Shown here: in pieces, positions 63,097-64,000 of the stretch
Layout: every line of letters starts with the position of its first letter
Position numbering within the stretch: position 1 is the stretch's first letter
Assembly (NCBI GenBank): GCA_036272475.1
Contig: DATAYP010000064.1
Span: 4,443 to 68,442, forward strand
Direction: 5' to 3'
Length of the DNA: 64,000 bases
Source of the DNA: Solirubrobacteraceae bacterium
GTDB taxonomy: Bacteria > Actinomycetota > Thermoleophilia > Solirubrobacterales > Solirubrobacteraceae
Program-made: the position numbers and the translations under genes
Notes under the pieces: generated by a model
Databases searched by the model: none
Seen by the model: the letters and a program-made list of their open reading frames with translations, nothing else
Told to the model about the DNA's origin: nothing

Positions 63097-64000
63097 ATGG
63101 GATCGCACTCGACGAGCATCGGCCCCGACGCGGGTCATGAGCCCACGCTCGAAAGCGAGCGGCGCATCGCCAGGCTGTTCGAGATGACGAGCGACCTGCT
63201 CGCGACGATCTCCCTCGACGGCCGTTTCACGCTCCTGAACCCGGCCTGGGAGCAGCTCCTCGGCTGGACCCGCGAGGAGCTCCAGGCACACCCGATCCAC
63301 GAGCTCATGCACCCCGACGACGTCGAGCCGACGCTCGCGCTGATGCTCGCCGGCACCCACCATCCCGCGCAGATGGAGAACTTCACGACGCGCTACCGCC
63401 ACCGCGACGGCTCGTGGCGCTGGCTGCTGTGGAGCGCGCGCTGCGACGGCGACACCTGGTACGCGGCGGCGCGTGACGTGACCGACCGAATGTGGCTCGA
63501 GCGCCAGGCGCTGCACGACCCGCTGACCCGCCTGCCGAACCGCCTGCTGCTCATGGACCGCGCGCGCCAGGCGCTCACGCGACTGAACCGCAGCGACGGC
63601 GTCGTCGCGATCCTGTTCATCGACCTGGACCGCTTCAAGGCCGTCAACGACAATCTCGGCCACGAGGTCGGCGACCAGCTGCTGATCGGGATCTCCGAGC
63701 GGCTCGCCGAGATGATGCGCGAAAGCGACACGGTGGCACGCCTCGGGGGCGACGAGTTCGTGATCTTGGTGGAGGACATCGAGAACAGCGCCGAGGCGCT
63801 CGCGCTCGCCGAGCGCGTCATCGAAGCCCTCGAGGAGCCCTTCCAGCTGGGGTCGACCGAGGTCTCGATGCTTGCCAGCGTCGGCGTATCTGCGTCGCGT
63901 GACCCGGAGGCGGACCCCGAGGCGATGCTGCGCGAGGCGGACGTGGCGATGTACCGGGCGAAGCGCACCGGCGGCAGGGGACTGGAGCTGTTCGACGAGT
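63097..64000 (+). CDS. PAS-GGDEF diguanylate cyclase (3' end outside the window)
   Basis: My translation gives the PAS part ...LLATISLDGRFTLLNPAWEQLLGWTREEL...YRHRDGSWRWLLWSA. The GGDEF part is HDPLTRLPNR...DLDRFKAVNDNLGHEVGD...RLGGDEFVIL. The frame is open to the window end. Confidence 0.85.
   Translation, partial: MGSHSTSIGPDAGHEPTLESERRIARLFEMTSDLLATISLDGRFTLLNPAWEQLLGWTREELQAHPIHELMHPDDVEPTLALMLAGTHHPAQMENFTTRYRHRDGSWRWLLWSARCDGDTWYAAARDVTDRMWLERQALHDPLTRLPNRLLLMDRARQALTRLNRSDGVVAILFIDLDRFKAVNDNLGHEVGDQLLIGISERLAEMMRESDTVARLGGDEFVILVEDIENSAEALALAERVIEALEEPFQLGSTEVSMLASVGVSASRDPEADPEAMLREADVAMYRAKRTGGRGLELFDE

Overview
The window is very GC-rich (about 70% by eye), densely coding, and looks like actinobacterial chromosome. 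The protein families hint at a Thermoleophilia or Conexibacter/Solirubrobacter-like organism, but that is inference only. I support about 70 protein genes, two intact tRNAs (His-GTG and Arg-TCT), two tRNA 3' fragments and several gene relics. I see no rRNA, CRISPR array, transposase, integrase or phage structural gene.

Layout:
- 0-13 kb: an accessory-looking region with four alpha/beta hydrolases and two epoxide-hydrolase paralogues. It also holds several pseudogene fragments: HicA with an in-frame stop, esterase and aldo/keto reductase (AKR) fragments, and an alpha/beta-hydrolase tail.
- 13.5-17.8 kb: a TetR-controlled aromatic-catabolism-like operon (FAD monooxygenase, extradiol-type VOC, FAH, PPOX-like).
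- 23.1-26.7 kb: an operon of an SDR/epimerase-fold reductase, a 4x DUF4389 membrane protein and an M48 protease.
- 38.7-40.9 kb: an OmpR/histidine-kinase pair.
- 41.6-43.8 kb: a ferric-reductase-like membrane protein, a Ser/Thr-rich anchored protein and ApbE, followed by a bacterial topoisomerase IB.
- 47.0-48.6 kb: a family-1 encapsulin operon with EncFtn cargo and an extra small gene.
- 51.7 kb onward: an orphan beta-class DNA methyltransferase, a GH79-like gene next to an 800-aa membrane protein, a DsbA/VKOR pair, and a PAS-GGDEF gene cut by the window end.

The most unusual thing read directly from the DNA is four abutting perfect palindromes at 38027-38122. Next to them, two divergently oriented genes both appear to have lost their 5' halves. 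Other direct observations:
- a 38-bp tandem duplication spanning two convergent stop codons (10054-10129);
- a partial tRNA 3' end that, together with tRNA-Arg, brackets 4.8 kb;
- a strong GAA (versus GAG) codon preference confined to three exported proteins.

I did not find a convincing new multi-gene system such as a defence system. The best candidates are listed with modest scores.
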